The notes beneath the pieces are model-generated. The model worked only from the letters and a program-made list of their open reading frames with translations. It made no database searches and had not been told where the DNA came from. Position numbers and translations under genes: made by a program. A stretch of DNA of 64,000 bases from Myxococcota bacterium (GTDB lineage Bacteria; Myxococcota_A; Polyangia; Nannocystales; Nannocystaceae), in NCBI GenBank assembly GCA_039194325.1, contig JBCCWC010000003.1, positions 172,299-236,298 on the forward strand, written 5' to 3'. Below are positions 52,308-61,923 of this stretch, in pieces. Position 1 is the first letter of the stretch. Each line of letters starts with the position of its first letter.

Positions 52308-53708
52308 TCAGCCCTCGGCCGCGGCGTATAGCGACTCCAGATCGTGCCAGCGCTCGTGCGGTGCATCGGCGGCTCGGCTTGGTCGGCGGCGGACGAAGAT
52401 CCGGCGTAGCACCGTGGCCCCCTCCTGGTTGGGCCAGCGGGCGACCTTCGCGGTCAGCTCCTTGCGCACGGCCGCGACCGAGCGCACCGTGCCCCAGCGG
52501 CACTCACCCAGATCGGCCCAGCCGTCGTCGCGTATACCCACCAGATCGATCTGCGTGTGCTTGTCCCAGTACTCGCCGATGGTGAAGGCGGCCGAGATCC
52601 CCTCGTCCTGGTAGAGGTACGGCAGCGCCTCGCGACACAGCCGCTCGAAGCACGCGCCCTCGTACGCGGGCAACGACGGGGCGATCCGCTCTTTGAAGGC
52701 CCGCCGGGCCCCCGTGTGTCGGATGAAGCTGAGGTTGGGGAACACGAAGCGAAACCAAAACCGCAGGAGTGGATCGTGGAGCGCGTAGCGAACGCGTCGC
52801 TTGGGCGGCGCCAGGCCGGTCAGGGGATGCCGCCGGCTGATGTAGCCCAGCTCCAGCAGCTGCTGGAAGTAGTAGTGCATGCGTCGCTCGGGCAGCCGGG
52901 TGTGCTCGGCGACCTCGCGCGTGGTGCAGTGGCCCATCGAGAGCGCTCGCAGCACCGCGTAGTAGCTCTCGACCTCGCGTAGCTCCTCGCGCAGCAGGAA
53001 CTCGGGCTCGCGGAACATCGGGGCAAACTCGTCGAGCAGCTGGGCTTCGATGTTCTGATTGACCGAGCACCCTGGATCGAAGCGACGCAGATAGGCCGGG
53101 ATGCCCCCGCACACAAAATACGCCCGGGTTCGCTCCAGCAGCGACCAGCTCGGGTGGAAGCGCGCGGCCTCGTGGTACGCGAAGGGCTCGAGCTTGATCT
53201 GGCTGGTGCGGCGACCGAACAGCGGGCTCTTGCGGCCGAGAACCTCGCGCTCCATGAAGCCGATGAACGAGCCGCAGAGCACCAGGACCACTGACCCGCT
53301 GTCGCGCCAGCCCAGATCCCACAGCTCCTGCAGCGTCCCGGGCAGCTCGGGGCTCGCCTCGGCGAGCCACTGGAATTCGTCGAGCACGATCACCAGCTTG
53401 CCCGGGCCTCGCCAGCGGGAGACGACCGCCCAGAAGACCTCCTTCCAGGACTCGGCTTGCATGCTGGCCAGCAGGGGCTCGTCGAGCAGCTCCGAGGCGA
53501 CGAGCAAGAACTCGCGGATCTGCAGCGCAGCGGGGGCCGTTTTGCCCATGTAGTAGATGCCCGGCTGATCGCGCAGCGAGCGGAGCAGCAGCTCCGTCTT
53601 GCCCACCCGCCGGCGGCCGTAGACGACGATGAACTCGGAGCGACCCGAGCCGTAAGCCCGCTCGAGGTGGGCCAGCTGGGTATCGCGGCCGACGAATCGA
53701 TCGCCCAT
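52308..53708 (-). CDS. Archaeal-type ATPase (ATPase_2) with wHTH and DUF234 PD-(D/E)xK-like domain
   Basis: FVGR, YGRRRVGKT, LDEFQ, LFGRRT, GGIP, FWFRF, WD...QIDLV...GECRW. Confidence 0.9.
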   Translation of the reverse strand: MGDRFVGRDTQLAHLERAYGSGRSEFIVVYGRRRVGKTELLLRSLRDQPGIYYMGKTAPAALQIREFLLVASELLDEPLLASMQAESWKEVFWAVVSRWRGPGKLVIVLDEFQWLAEASPELPGTLQELWDLGWRDSGSVVLVLCGSFIGFMEREVLGRKSPLFGRRTSQIKLEPFAYHEAARFHPSWSLLERTRAYFVCGGIPAYLRRFDPGCSVNQNIEAQLLDEFAPMFREPEFLLREELREVESYYAVLRALSMGHCTTREVAEHTRLPERRMHYYFQQLLELGYISRRHPLTGLAPPKRRVRYALHDPLLRFWFRFVFPNLSFIRHTGARRAFKERIAPSLPAYEGACFERLCREALPYLYQDEGISAAFTIGEYWDKHTQIDLVGIRDDGWADLGECRWGTVRSVAAVRKELTAKVARWPNQEGATVLRRIFVRRRPSRAADAPHERWHDLESLYAAAEG

Positions 53709-53712
53709 AGTA

Positions 53713-53756
53713 CAAGTTATAACTTGACAAGTTATAACTTGGCAAGTCCTAACTTG
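53713..53756. promoter_or_regulatory. Three 14-bp palindromic operators at a 15-bp period over the ATPase promoter
   Basis: CAAGTTATAACTTG x2 plus CAAGTCCTAACTTG, ending 4 nt from the ATG. Confidence 0.8.
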
Positions 53757-53860
53757 ATTAATGCCGGAGGTCGAACCAGGCCGGCGCGGTGTCGATTTCG
53801 CGCCCGAAGGTCGAAGTCGAGCCCGGTCGACGAGTGGCCCGATGGTGCTACGGTCGGGCC

Positions 53861-55108
53861 GTGCTCTACGGTTTGGTCTGGTCGTCTGCTCTGCTCTTGC
53901 TCGCCCCTGGATCGCTTGCTCCCGAGTCGCCCGGACCGCTGCCCATCGTGGGGGGGACCGACGCCGCGACCTGCCAGTGGCCCAGCACCGTCGCGCTCAA
54001 CTCGTTCGACAGTACGTTTTGCTCGGGCACGTTGATTCACCCCGAGGTGGTGCTGACGGCGGCTCACTGCATCCACCCGGACAACGGCTGGGGCACGCCC
54101 ACCGACATCGCCTTCGGCGAGGAGGGTTCGCTTCCGGCGTTCACGGTGGGGGTGCAGGGCTGCGCGATCCACCCCCAGTACGACCACTTTGCCGAGCTGC
54201 ACTCTCCCCAAGATGCGTACGATCTGGCCTACTGCGTGCTGAGCGAGCCGGTCCTCGATGTGGCCCCCACGCCTCCGCTCATGGGGTGCGAGGTCGAGCA
54301 GCTCGGCCCGGGCGGCGAGGTGCAGATCGTGGGCTTTGGCGCCAACGTCATCGAGCCGACCCCCGATGGCTTCGACACCGAGGGCGTGGGGACCAAGCGC
54401 TACATCAGCCAGACTGTCGAGCAGATCGACCGATTCGATCAGGTGTACCTGCTGGGCAACAATGTCGGCTCGGCCTGCCCGGGAGATTCCGGCGGCTCGG
54501 CGTACATCCAGCTTGAGGACGGCTCGTGGCGGGTAATCGCGGCGGCGGCTCGCATTCACCCCGACGCTCCCGACGAGCCGCCGTGGTGCCTCTATGGGGT
54601 GATCTACACCGGGATCTGGAACGAGATGGACTGGTTCGAGTCCGACAGCGGTTATGACCTGACGCCCTGTCATGACCCCGACGGCACATGGAACCCAGGG
54701 GTCGCCTGCACCGGCTTTCCGCTCGAGCCCCAAGCCGACGCGCTGTGGGGCGACGGGTGCGCGGCCCAGGGTCGGTCCCGCGAGGGGCTCAGCTGTGCCC
54801 CCGATCTGCCCGGTGGCACGGGGACGACCGGAGAGACCGGTGACCCCGACGACACGGGGTCCGAGGCCGGGCAGGACACCACCGCGGGTGAAGCGAGCAC
54901 GGGCGGCTTCGAAAGCGGGAACTCGACGGGCCCGGGCCCGGTGGCGAGCACGGGTCTGCCGGGAAGCACGGGCGATGCATCAACGGGCGATCCTGGGCAG
55001 GACGGTCCAGCCGCGGAGGGCTGTGGCTGTCGCCGCACGCCGCCGGGCCCCTCGGGGACACTGGCGATGTTGCTCTTGATGCTGGGCTGGCGTCGCCGTC
55101 GGTGGTAG
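53861..55108 (+). CDS. Trypsin-like serine protease with MYXO-CTERM-like sorting signal
   Basis: IVGG, LTAAHC, DLA, GDSGG; C-terminal GCGC...hydrophobic...RRRR. Confidence 0.92.
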   Translation: MLYGLVWSSALLLLAPGSLAPESPGPLPIVGGTDAATCQWPSTVALNSFDSTFCSGTLIHPEVVLTAAHCIHPDNGWGTPTDIAFGEEGSLPAFTVGVQGCAIHPQYDHFAELHSPQDAYDLAYCVLSEPVLDVAPTPPLMGCEVEQLGPGGEVQIVGFGANVIEPTPDGFDTEGVGTKRYISQTVEQIDRFDQVYLLGNNVGSACPGDSGGSAYIQLEDGSWRVIAAAARIHPDAPDEPPWCLYGVIYTGIWNEMDWFESDSGYDLTPCHDPDGTWNPGVACTGFPLEPQADALWGDGCAAQGRSREGLSCAPDLPGGTGTTGETGDPDDTGSEAGQDTTAGEASTGGFESGNSTGPGPVASTGLPGSTGDASTGDPGQDGPAAEGCGCRRTPPGPSGTLAMLLLMLGWRRRRW

Positions 55109-55120
55109 GGAGTCAAGACG

Positions 55121-55789
55121 ATGGTCGCGTCCAGATCTCTACGTTTCTACTTCGATTTCATCTCCCCCTACGCGTACATCGGTTGGCACCGGTTCAAGGG
55201 TCTGGCCAAGCGCCACGAGCTCGAGCTCGAGCCGGTGCCCGTACTCTTCGCCGTCTTTCTCAATACCTTTGGGCAAAAAGGACCGGCGGAGATCGAGCCC
55301 AAGCGGCTGTACACCTTCAAGCACGTGATGCGGCTGGGCTACGAGTTTGGCCTGCCCTTGCTGCCGCCGCCGGCTCATCCATTCAATCCGCTGCTGGCGC
55401 TGCGGGTGGCCGAGGCGGCCGAGCCCGAGCAGAAGGCCGATGTGCTCGACATACTCTTCCATTGCACCTGGGGTTCCGGCGAAGGGGTGACCGAGCCGGA
55501 GGCCGTCGCGGCGGCGCTCGAGTCGGCCGGCCTCCCCGGCAAGGCCCTGGTGGTCGCCGCCGGCACCTCGCCGGTCAAGGAGCGGCTGCGGATCAACACC
55601 GAGCAGGCCATGGCTCGTGGCGTCTTTGGGGTCCCCAGCATCGAGATCGACGGCGAGGTCTTCTGGGGCCAGGACTCGTTCTACCACGTGGATTGCTTCA
55701 TTCACGGCGACGATCCGTTGCACCCCCAGCTGATCGAGCGCTTTGAAAAGCTGCCGGCGGGCTCGGTGCGCAAGCCTCCGGCTCGGTGA
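55121..55789 (+). CDS. DsbA-family 2-hydroxychromene-2-carboxylate isomerase-like protein
   Basis: FYFDFISPYAY, GVFGVPS, FWGQD. Confidence 0.9.
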   Translation: MVASRSLRFYFDFISPYAYIGWHRFKGLAKRHELELEPVPVLFAVFLNTFGQKGPAEIEPKRLYTFKHVMRLGYEFGLPLLPPPAHPFNPLLALRVAEAAEPEQKADVLDILFHCTWGSGEGVTEPEAVAAALESAGLPGKALVVAAGTSPVKERLRINTEQAMARGVFGVPSIEIDGEVFWGQDSFYHVDCFIHGDDPLHPQLIERFEKLPAGSVRKPPAR

Positions 55790-55875
55790 GCGATGGCGGA
55801 GGACCGAGGCTCGGCCGAGTTCGGTGCTCGGGGCTGCACGCGGGTCGCGGCTGACTTACCCTCGGCCTCGCACCG

Positions 55876-57498
55876 ATGAATGCCGCTGCTCTTTGTTCCT
55901 CACTACGTCGGCATCGACTTGCAGCCGTCGCCTTGCTGACCACCGCGCTCGCCTGCACGGCCTCGGTACGCACCGCCACAAAGTCCTCCGAGCCGGGGTC
56001 TTCGTCGAGCGCCGCCTCGTCGGATGCCCGGTCGGATGCCCGGTCGGATACGGACGCGACGGTTCCCTCTGGGCCTCCTCAGATCGATCCCACGAGGATG
56101 TTCGCGCACCTCGAGTTCCTCTCGAGTGACGAGCTGCGTGGGCGCTTCACCTTCAGCGACGAGCTGGGCGTGGCGGCCGACTACATCGCCGAGCAGTACA
56201 CGAGCGTGGGTGTCGGTGCCGTCGGTGACTCCTATCGCATGCCGTTCAAGGCCGTAGCCGGCATGCGAGCCGGGGATGAGCTGACGATCTGGGTGGAGAG
56301 CGAGGGGGGCCGCAGCCGGCAGATCTCCAGCCGAGTGCTGACCACGCTGGCCAATGGCAAGGGGACCACGGCCTACGCCGATGTGGTGATCGTGGCGTCC
56401 CTGGGCCGGGCCAAAGCCGCCCAGGTTCGTGGCAAGGTGGTGATCGCGCCTGCGCCGCCGGTCGATCGCCGCAACGAAGCGATCGGTGCGCTCGAGAAGC
56501 TACGGCCGGCGGGCCTGCTGTTCGTTGGCGAGCGCCCGCCGCCCAACGGCGAGAAATCCCGGGAGGTGCTGTCCGAGTCGTCGTTGCCGGTGGCGTGGGT
56601 CGACCGCGACGCCGCCCGGGAGTGGGTCGGCCTCGAGGTCTCGAGCAAGGGGGAGCTTCGGCTCCCCAAGGCGATCAAGATCTCGATGGCCGCCCGGCAA
56701 GAGCCGGTGCAAGAAGAAACGTTCAACGTGCTCGCCATGCTGCCCGGCCACGAGCACCCCGAGCAGATCGTCATACTGGGAGCGCACTACGACCACATTG
56801 GCACGACCACGGAGGGTCGGATGTGTCGCCCCCGCAATGGCGACGAGATCTGCAACGGCGCCGACGATAACGCCAGCGGGACCGCCATGGTCTTGGAGAT
56901 CGCCCAGTCGTACGCCGCCGCGGGCTATCGACCGGCACGTACGGTAGTGTTTGCCCATTTTTCTGCCGAGGAGCTGGGCCTGCACGGCTCTCGGGCGCTG
57001 TCCAATTCGCCCCCCAAGGTGGCGCCCTTTGTCGGAGGGCAGGTGGTGGCCATGGTCAACCTCGACATGGTGGGCCGGCTGAGCGACGAGGGCTTGGCGA
57101 TCGGCGGGCTCAGCTCGAGCGACGCCTGGATGCCGCTGCTCGAGTCGGTGGAGCCGCCGGGCCTGTCGATCGTGTACGAGCGGGCGATCAACGGTCGTAG
57201 TGATCATGCCAATTTCTATCGGAAGAAGATCCCGGTGCTCTTCTTCTTCACCGGCTTGCACGACGACTATCACCAGGTGGGTGATCACGTGGACAAGATC
57301 AACCGCGAGGGCATGGTCGCGATCGGGCAGATGGTGGCCGATCTCACCCGCGCGCTGGCCGATGGTGCCGACGTGCCCTACGCTCCGCCGCGCACCGACG
57401 ACGAGGGGATCGTCTCGCGGATGCCCGGGAGCAAGGAGGCCACGGTGGAGCGTCGGTCCGGGCCGAGCAAGCCCCGTGCTCGGCCCTCGAAGGACTGA
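55876..57498 (+). CDS. M28 family metallopeptidase (lipoprotein)
   Basis: GAHYDH, GADDNASG, AEELGL, NLDMVGR, SDH, DYH. Confidence 0.92.
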   Translation: MNAAALCSSLRRHRLAAVALLTTALACTASVRTATKSSEPGSSSSAASSDARSDARSDTDATVPSGPPQIDPTRMFAHLEFLSSDELRGRFTFSDELGVAADYIAEQYTSVGVGAVGDSYRMPFKAVAGMRAGDELTIWVESEGGRSRQISSRVLTTLANGKGTTAYADVVIVASLGRAKAAQVRGKVVIAPAPPVDRRNEAIGALEKLRPAGLLFVGERPPPNGEKSREVLSESSLPVAWVDRDAAREWVGLEVSSKGELRLPKAIKISMAARQEPVQEETFNVLAMLPGHEHPEQIVILGAHYDHIGTTTEGRMCRPRNGDEICNGADDNASGTAMVLEIAQSYAAAGYRPARTVVFAHFSAEELGLHGSRALSNSPPKVAPFVGGQVVAMVNLDMVGRLSDEGLAIGGLSSSDAWMPLLESVEPPGLSIVYERAINGRSDHANFYRKKIPVLFFFTGLHDDYHQVGDHVDKINREGMVAIGQMVADLTRALADGADVPYAPPRTDDEGIVSRMPGSKEATVERRSGPSKPRARPSKD

Positions 57499-57532
57499 TG
57501 GACCCTGCTGCTCGGCCCAACCGGCTAACCCG

Positions 57533-59428
57533 CTACTTGCGGCTGATCGCTCGGGCCAGCCACAGGGCCAGTAGCGCGTTGGCGCCGAGCCACAAGCGGT
57601 CGACCACTGGCCCGCCGGGTAGACCGGTGACCAGGGTGGGTAGCACGATCGCGCCGTGGGCGAGCAGGGCCGCATAGCCGAGGCTCAGGCCGGCGAGCGT
57701 GCTCCGCACCGGCTTGTACCCCAGCCCGATTGCAGCCAGCCCGGCCGGGACCGCCGCCGAGAGCCACAGCGGTGAGCCGAACGCGCCGAAGGCCCCGGCC
57801 AGCCCGTAGGCCAGCGAGCCTCCGAGGATCCCGCTGCCCAGCGCTCCACCCGCGCCCATGCCGAGCAAGGCGAGCAAGCGCCGTCGACGACCGGCGACTC
57901 CGGCCAGCCCCAGGCCGCCGAGTCCCAGTAGGGCCAGCAGGCCCAGCAGGCCGGCGCGCTCGGGCGCGTAGTGCCCTTGAGCTCGGTCGACCGCGGCCGA
58001 GGCGTCGATGATGCCGGCGCCGAACTTCTCGTCCCACTCGATGTCGCCGGGGTGGACGGCCGATTCCTTCATGACCCGCTCGACCTCGTCGGGGTTGGTG
58101 ACCCCGGCCGAGACGATGAGCGCGGCGACCCCGGCCGCGTGGGGCGAGGCCATCGAGGTGCCCTGGAACCAGAGGTAGTCGTTGTGCTCGGGATCTTGGA
58201 TCTTGATGGTGTTTTGCAGCACTCCGTCGGGAAATCCGTCGCCGTTCTTGTCGGAGCGGGTGTCACCGCCGGGGGCGGCCACGTCGATCGCCTTGCCCCA
58301 GTTGCTGTAGAAGGTGAGGTTGCGGCCGTAGTCCACCGCAGATACGGCGATCGCGTGCTTGTTGGCCGCGGGGTAGCCCACCCGGCTGCGGCGTTCGTTG
58401 CCCGCCGCGCACACGGTGGTCACCCCCTTGCCGTGGGCGTACTCGATGGCCTTGGCCAGCACCCGCGAGGGCAGCGGACCGCCCAGGCTCATGTTGATCA
58501 CGTGCGCGCCGTGGTCGGCCGCATAGCGGATCGCGTTGGCGATGCCTCCCACGCTGCCTCGGCCGTCCTTGGACAGCACCTTGAGCGGCATGATCGTGGC
58601 CCCGTAGGCGACCCCGGTGACCCCGACCCCGTTGTTGGTGGACTGGGCGATCGTGCCGGCCACGTGACTGCCGTGGGCGTGGTCGTCGAGCCCCTCGGGT
58701 AGCCCGTTGATGAAGCTCTCGCCGGCGACGAACTCGGCCTCGGCCAGGTCGGGCAGCTGGCGGACGCCCTTGCCGTCCTTCCAGGCCACGCCGGTGTCGA
58801 TGACCGCCACCACCACGTCTTCACCCTGGGTCTTGGTCCAGGCCTCGGGGGCCCGGATCTGCTCCATGTGCCATTGCAGGTGGAACATGGGGTCGTCGGG
58901 GTCGAAGCGCGGGCCCTTGGTGGGCTTGGCCTCGTCCTGATCTAGATCCAGGTCTATCCCGGGGGTCGCGGAGATCTCCTCGGCGGACGGCGTGGATTGG
59001 TGGGGTAGCTGGTAGAAGAGCTCCGGCTCGACGCCCTCGACCAGCGGATGATCGAGCAGGGACGCGACTCCAGCCGAGGTGGCCCTCAGGCGGAACAGGT
59101 GCTCGCCTTCGCTGTAGAAGCCGGCGGTGGTCACCGAGCCCGCGCCCAGCTGGGACTGGAGGTTGGCGACCAGGGCGGCGATCTCCTGCTCGGAGCCGCC
59201 TTCGCCCTCTTCGGGCTCGACGAAGTCGACGAGCCACGAGCTGGTGGCTTGCGGGTCTAGTTGCAGCTCGGCCGCGATCTCCATGACCCTTTGGGGGGTG
59301 ATGTCTGCGGCGGCGAGGCCATCGTCGCAAGGCCCGTGGTCGAGCGCGAGAACGGTCGAAAACGCCATCAAACCCGCGCCCGCGACCAGACCGCGGTGCC
59401 GAAACAAGGAGGTGAGCAACTTGGCCAT
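57533..59428 (-). CDS. S8 subtilase with C-terminal TM helices
   Basis: VIDTG, HGSHVAG, GTSMASPH triad. Confidence 0.93.
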   Translation of the reverse strand: MAKLLTSLFRHRGLVAGAGLMAFSTVLALDHGPCDDGLAAADITPQRVMEIAAELQLDPQATSSWLVDFVEPEEGEGGSEQEIAALVANLQSQLGAGSVTTAGFYSEGEHLFRLRATSAGVASLLDHPLVEGVEPELFYQLPHQSTPSAEEISATPGIDLDLDQDEAKPTKGPRFDPDDPMFHLQWHMEQIRAPEAWTKTQGEDVVVAVIDTGVAWKDGKGVRQLPDLAEAEFVAGESFINGLPEGLDDHAHGSHVAGTIAQSTNNGVGVTGVAYGATIMPLKVLSKDGRGSVGGIANAIRYAADHGAHVINMSLGGPLPSRVLAKAIEYAHGKGVTTVCAAGNERRSRVGYPAANKHAIAVSAVDYGRNLTFYSNWGKAIDVAAPGGDTRSDKNGDGFPDGVLQNTIKIQDPEHNDYLWFQGTSMASPHAAGVAALIVSAGVTNPDEVERVMKESAVHPGDIEWDEKFGAGIIDASAAVDRAQGHYAPERAGLLGLLALLGLGGLGLAGVAGRRRRLLALLGMGAGGALGSGILGGSLAYGLAGAFGAFGSPLWLSAAVPAGLAAIGLGYKPVRSTLAGLSLGYAALLAHGAIVLPTLVTGLPGGPVVDRLWLGANALLALWLARAISRK

Positions 59429-59745
59429 AGCCGCCCCAGCATAGCCCGGGCCCGCGCACCATGCACGACAGTGCGCTTACTGCCCCTTTGGCCACCCGTT
59501 CATTCGGGCAGGGGAGACGGCGCGTTCGAGGCGTGGTTTCCCGTCGTGGTGCTCGTATGTGGGAGTTCGCTCCCTTCTCGAAGGCCGGGCGACATCGGGC
59601 CCAGCGAACGTCGCGCCGACTCGATCGTACTGGGCGGCCGGCGTTGAGCCCGGCAAGCCGACAGGGGAGTGGTCACCATCATTGTACGGTGGCTGGACCG
59701 GAAGCGGGCCTCGGGGCGATGATGCGCCGGGCAGCCCCCAGCCCC

Positions 59746-61533
59746 ATGCCGACCATTCCCACCTTCGACGAGACGCGCAACGGGAGCCAAGTGAGCTTCG
59801 GGCGCGCGTGGACCGACGCGCTGCTCGAGCATGTGCGTCGTCTCGGCCTGCGTCGAGTGGCTATGGTGTGCACAGCCAGCCGGGAGGATCTGGCTCAGCG
59901 TGCGATCAACATGCTCAGTGATCGTGGCGTGGGTGTGTTGCCGATCGTGCGACCTGTCGTCTCGCGTGATGCGGTCAACGAGGCGTCCACGTTGCTCGAT
60001 GCTCTCGGGGCGGATGGGCTGGTGACGATCGGGGGTGGCGCCGCGACCGCGCTTGGCAAGGCTACACAGCTCGCACGCAGCCGGACTTTCATCGCGGTGC
60101 CCACCACGTACTCCGGCATCGAGATGACCGACGCCTACGGGATCAGCGAAGGCGAGCGGATGATCTTTGGCCAGGAGGAGCGGGTCCGTCCTACGGTCGT
60201 CATCTACGATCCATCGCTGACCCTTTCGCTGCCCCGCGAGGTCACGGCGCCCAGTGTGTTCATGGCCTTGGCGCACGCGATCGATGCGCTCTACTCCAGT
60301 GCCACCAGCGCGCGCCTGCAGGCGATGGCTGCCTCGGCGATCACCCGCTTGGCGGTCAACCTGCCTCGCGCATGCGAGGAGCCCGACAACCTCGAGGTGC
60401 GTGCGGCGGTGATGCGGGGCGCCTATCAGGCCGGCACCGTGCATGGGGCGGCGGGGACGGCCCTGCATCATCACCTGGCGCGCATGCTCTCGGGGGACGT
60501 GGGTCTGCCGTTTGCCCGGACGCATGCGGTGGTGCTCGCTCATGTGGTGGCGTTCAATGCTGCGATCGCTCGACGAGCCACGCAGGCGATCGGTCGGGCG
60601 CTGGGCTCTCGCGATCCGGCGGCGTCGCTGTTCGACCTGGCGCTGATCGTCGATGCACCGACGCGTCTGGATCGGCTGGGTCTGACCACCGAGCAGACTC
60701 GCGAGGTGGCGGTGCGGTTGGCCGCGGCTCGGTTCGACAATCCGCGGCGGCCCACGGCGGCTCAGCTGGAGGCGTTGTTGCACGATGCCCGGCTGGGGCG
60801 TCGACCGACCGTGGGGGCTCGGCGCTGGCCGGCGCTGTCGCCCTTCAAGCCGCCGCACGGCTCGCTGGAGGCGGCGCTGGGGGGTCGTAGCTTGGAGCGG
60901 GCGCGCAAGGTGGTGGTGCTGGTGCACGGCGAAGGCAATACCGCCGAGCGCATGCTGACCACGGGGGCGCGGTTGTTCGAAGGGCTGGAGGAGCCGGCGT
61001 TCGTTGCGGTGCAGGCCGAGGGGCGTAGTTGGTTTCCGCATCGGTTCAACGCGCCCATCAAGGACAACGAGCCCGCGCTGACTTCGGCGCTCGCCCAGCT
61101 CGACGCGGTGTTCGAGCGCCTCGAGGCGCTGGGGATCGGGCCCGAGAAGGTCGTGATGTGCGGCGAGCTTCAGGGCGCGTGCCTGGTGCTGGACTATGTG
61201 GCGCGGCGAGGGGGTCGCTATGCGGGGATCATCGCCTTCGTTGGGGCGCTGCTGGGGCCGTTGCGCTCGGCGCTGCACCATGATGCGGATCTGCGCACCG
61301 TGCCCGTGGTGCTCGGGGGGCGACCGGAGGATCCGTGGGTGCCCAAGGCGAGGATCGAGGCGACCGCGGAGGTCTTGCGGGCGCTGGGGGCCGATTCGAA
61401 GGTGATCTGGTACTCCGCGTCACGGCCGGAGATGGATACCAAGGTGACCAATGCGGTCCGGGAGATGTTCGGCAAGCGACCGCGGGGGGAGCGGGGGGAG
61501 CGGGATCGGGATCGGGACCGGGATCGGTGGTAG
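59746..61533 (+). CDS. Fusion of maleylacetate-reductase-like (Fe-ADH) and phospholipase/carboxylesterase-like domains, both degenerate
   Basis: IGGG...LGKA, VPTTYSGIEMT, YDP; C-terminal LVHG, NEP, GELQGAC, DPWVP; start estimated. Confidence 0.8.
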   Translation: MPTIPTFDETRNGSQVSFGRAWTDALLEHVRRLGLRRVAMVCTASREDLAQRAINMLSDRGVGVLPIVRPVVSRDAVNEASTLLDALGADGLVTIGGGAATALGKATQLARSRTFIAVPTTYSGIEMTDAYGISEGERMIFGQEERVRPTVVIYDPSLTLSLPREVTAPSVFMALAHAIDALYSSATSARLQAMAASAITRLAVNLPRACEEPDNLEVRAAVMRGAYQAGTVHGAAGTALHHHLARMLSGDVGLPFARTHAVVLAHVVAFNAAIARRATQAIGRALGSRDPAASLFDLALIVDAPTRLDRLGLTTEQTREVAVRLAAARFDNPRRPTAAQLEALLHDARLGRRPTVGARRWPALSPFKPPHGSLEAALGGRSLERARKVVVLVHGEGNTAERMLTTGARLFEGLEEPAFVAVQAEGRSWFPHRFNAPIKDNEPALTSALAQLDAVFERLEALGIGPEKVVMCGELQGACLVLDYVARRGGRYAGIIAFVGALLGPLRSALHHDADLRTVPVVLGGRPEDPWVPKARIEATAEVLRALGADSKVIWYSASRPEMDTKVTNAVREMFGKRPRGERGERDRDRDRDRW

Positions 61534-61575
61534 GCGGGTTGTCGGGCGGGGCGGGAGTTGGTATCTAGGGGGTGC

Positions 61576-61652
61576 GCGTCCGTAGCTCAGTTGGATAGAG
61601 CATCTGGCTTCGAACCAGAGGGTCGGAGGTTCGAGTCCTTCCGGGCGCACCA
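61576..61652 (+). tRNA. tRNA-Arg (anticodon UCG), CCA encoded
   Basis: GCGTCCG acceptor stem, GCTC/GAGC D-stem, TCTGG-CT-TCG-AA-CCAGA, GGAGG-TTCGAGT-CCTTC, ACCA. Confidence 0.97.
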
Positions 61653-61923
61653 CTCCTCAAAACCAGCAAGTAGAACGCCGCGAGCCTGCTCCCGGCGACT
61701 GCGGATACGACGAGCCAGCCGGTAGGGCTAGCGCAGACGTAGGCCGTATGACCTCGTGCGCCGGAGCGGCTCGCCAGCCGATGATGGCGGGTTCGCTCGG
61801 CCGTGGAGAACGGCTTGGCGGCCGCTCTTTGGCCAACGACGAGTGCCAGACGGGTTCGCTCTGGCCAGAACCGGTTCGACAACCAAGAGCGGGCTCGGTC
61901 TCAATCCGGGAGGGAGTTTGACC

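Noticed and set aside
52273..53808. Degenerate direct repeat flanking the ATPase gene (gccggcg..gtcgat.tcgc..cgaa)
   Set aside because: Needs several indels and could arise by chance in GC-rich DNA, unlike the perfect 41-mer.
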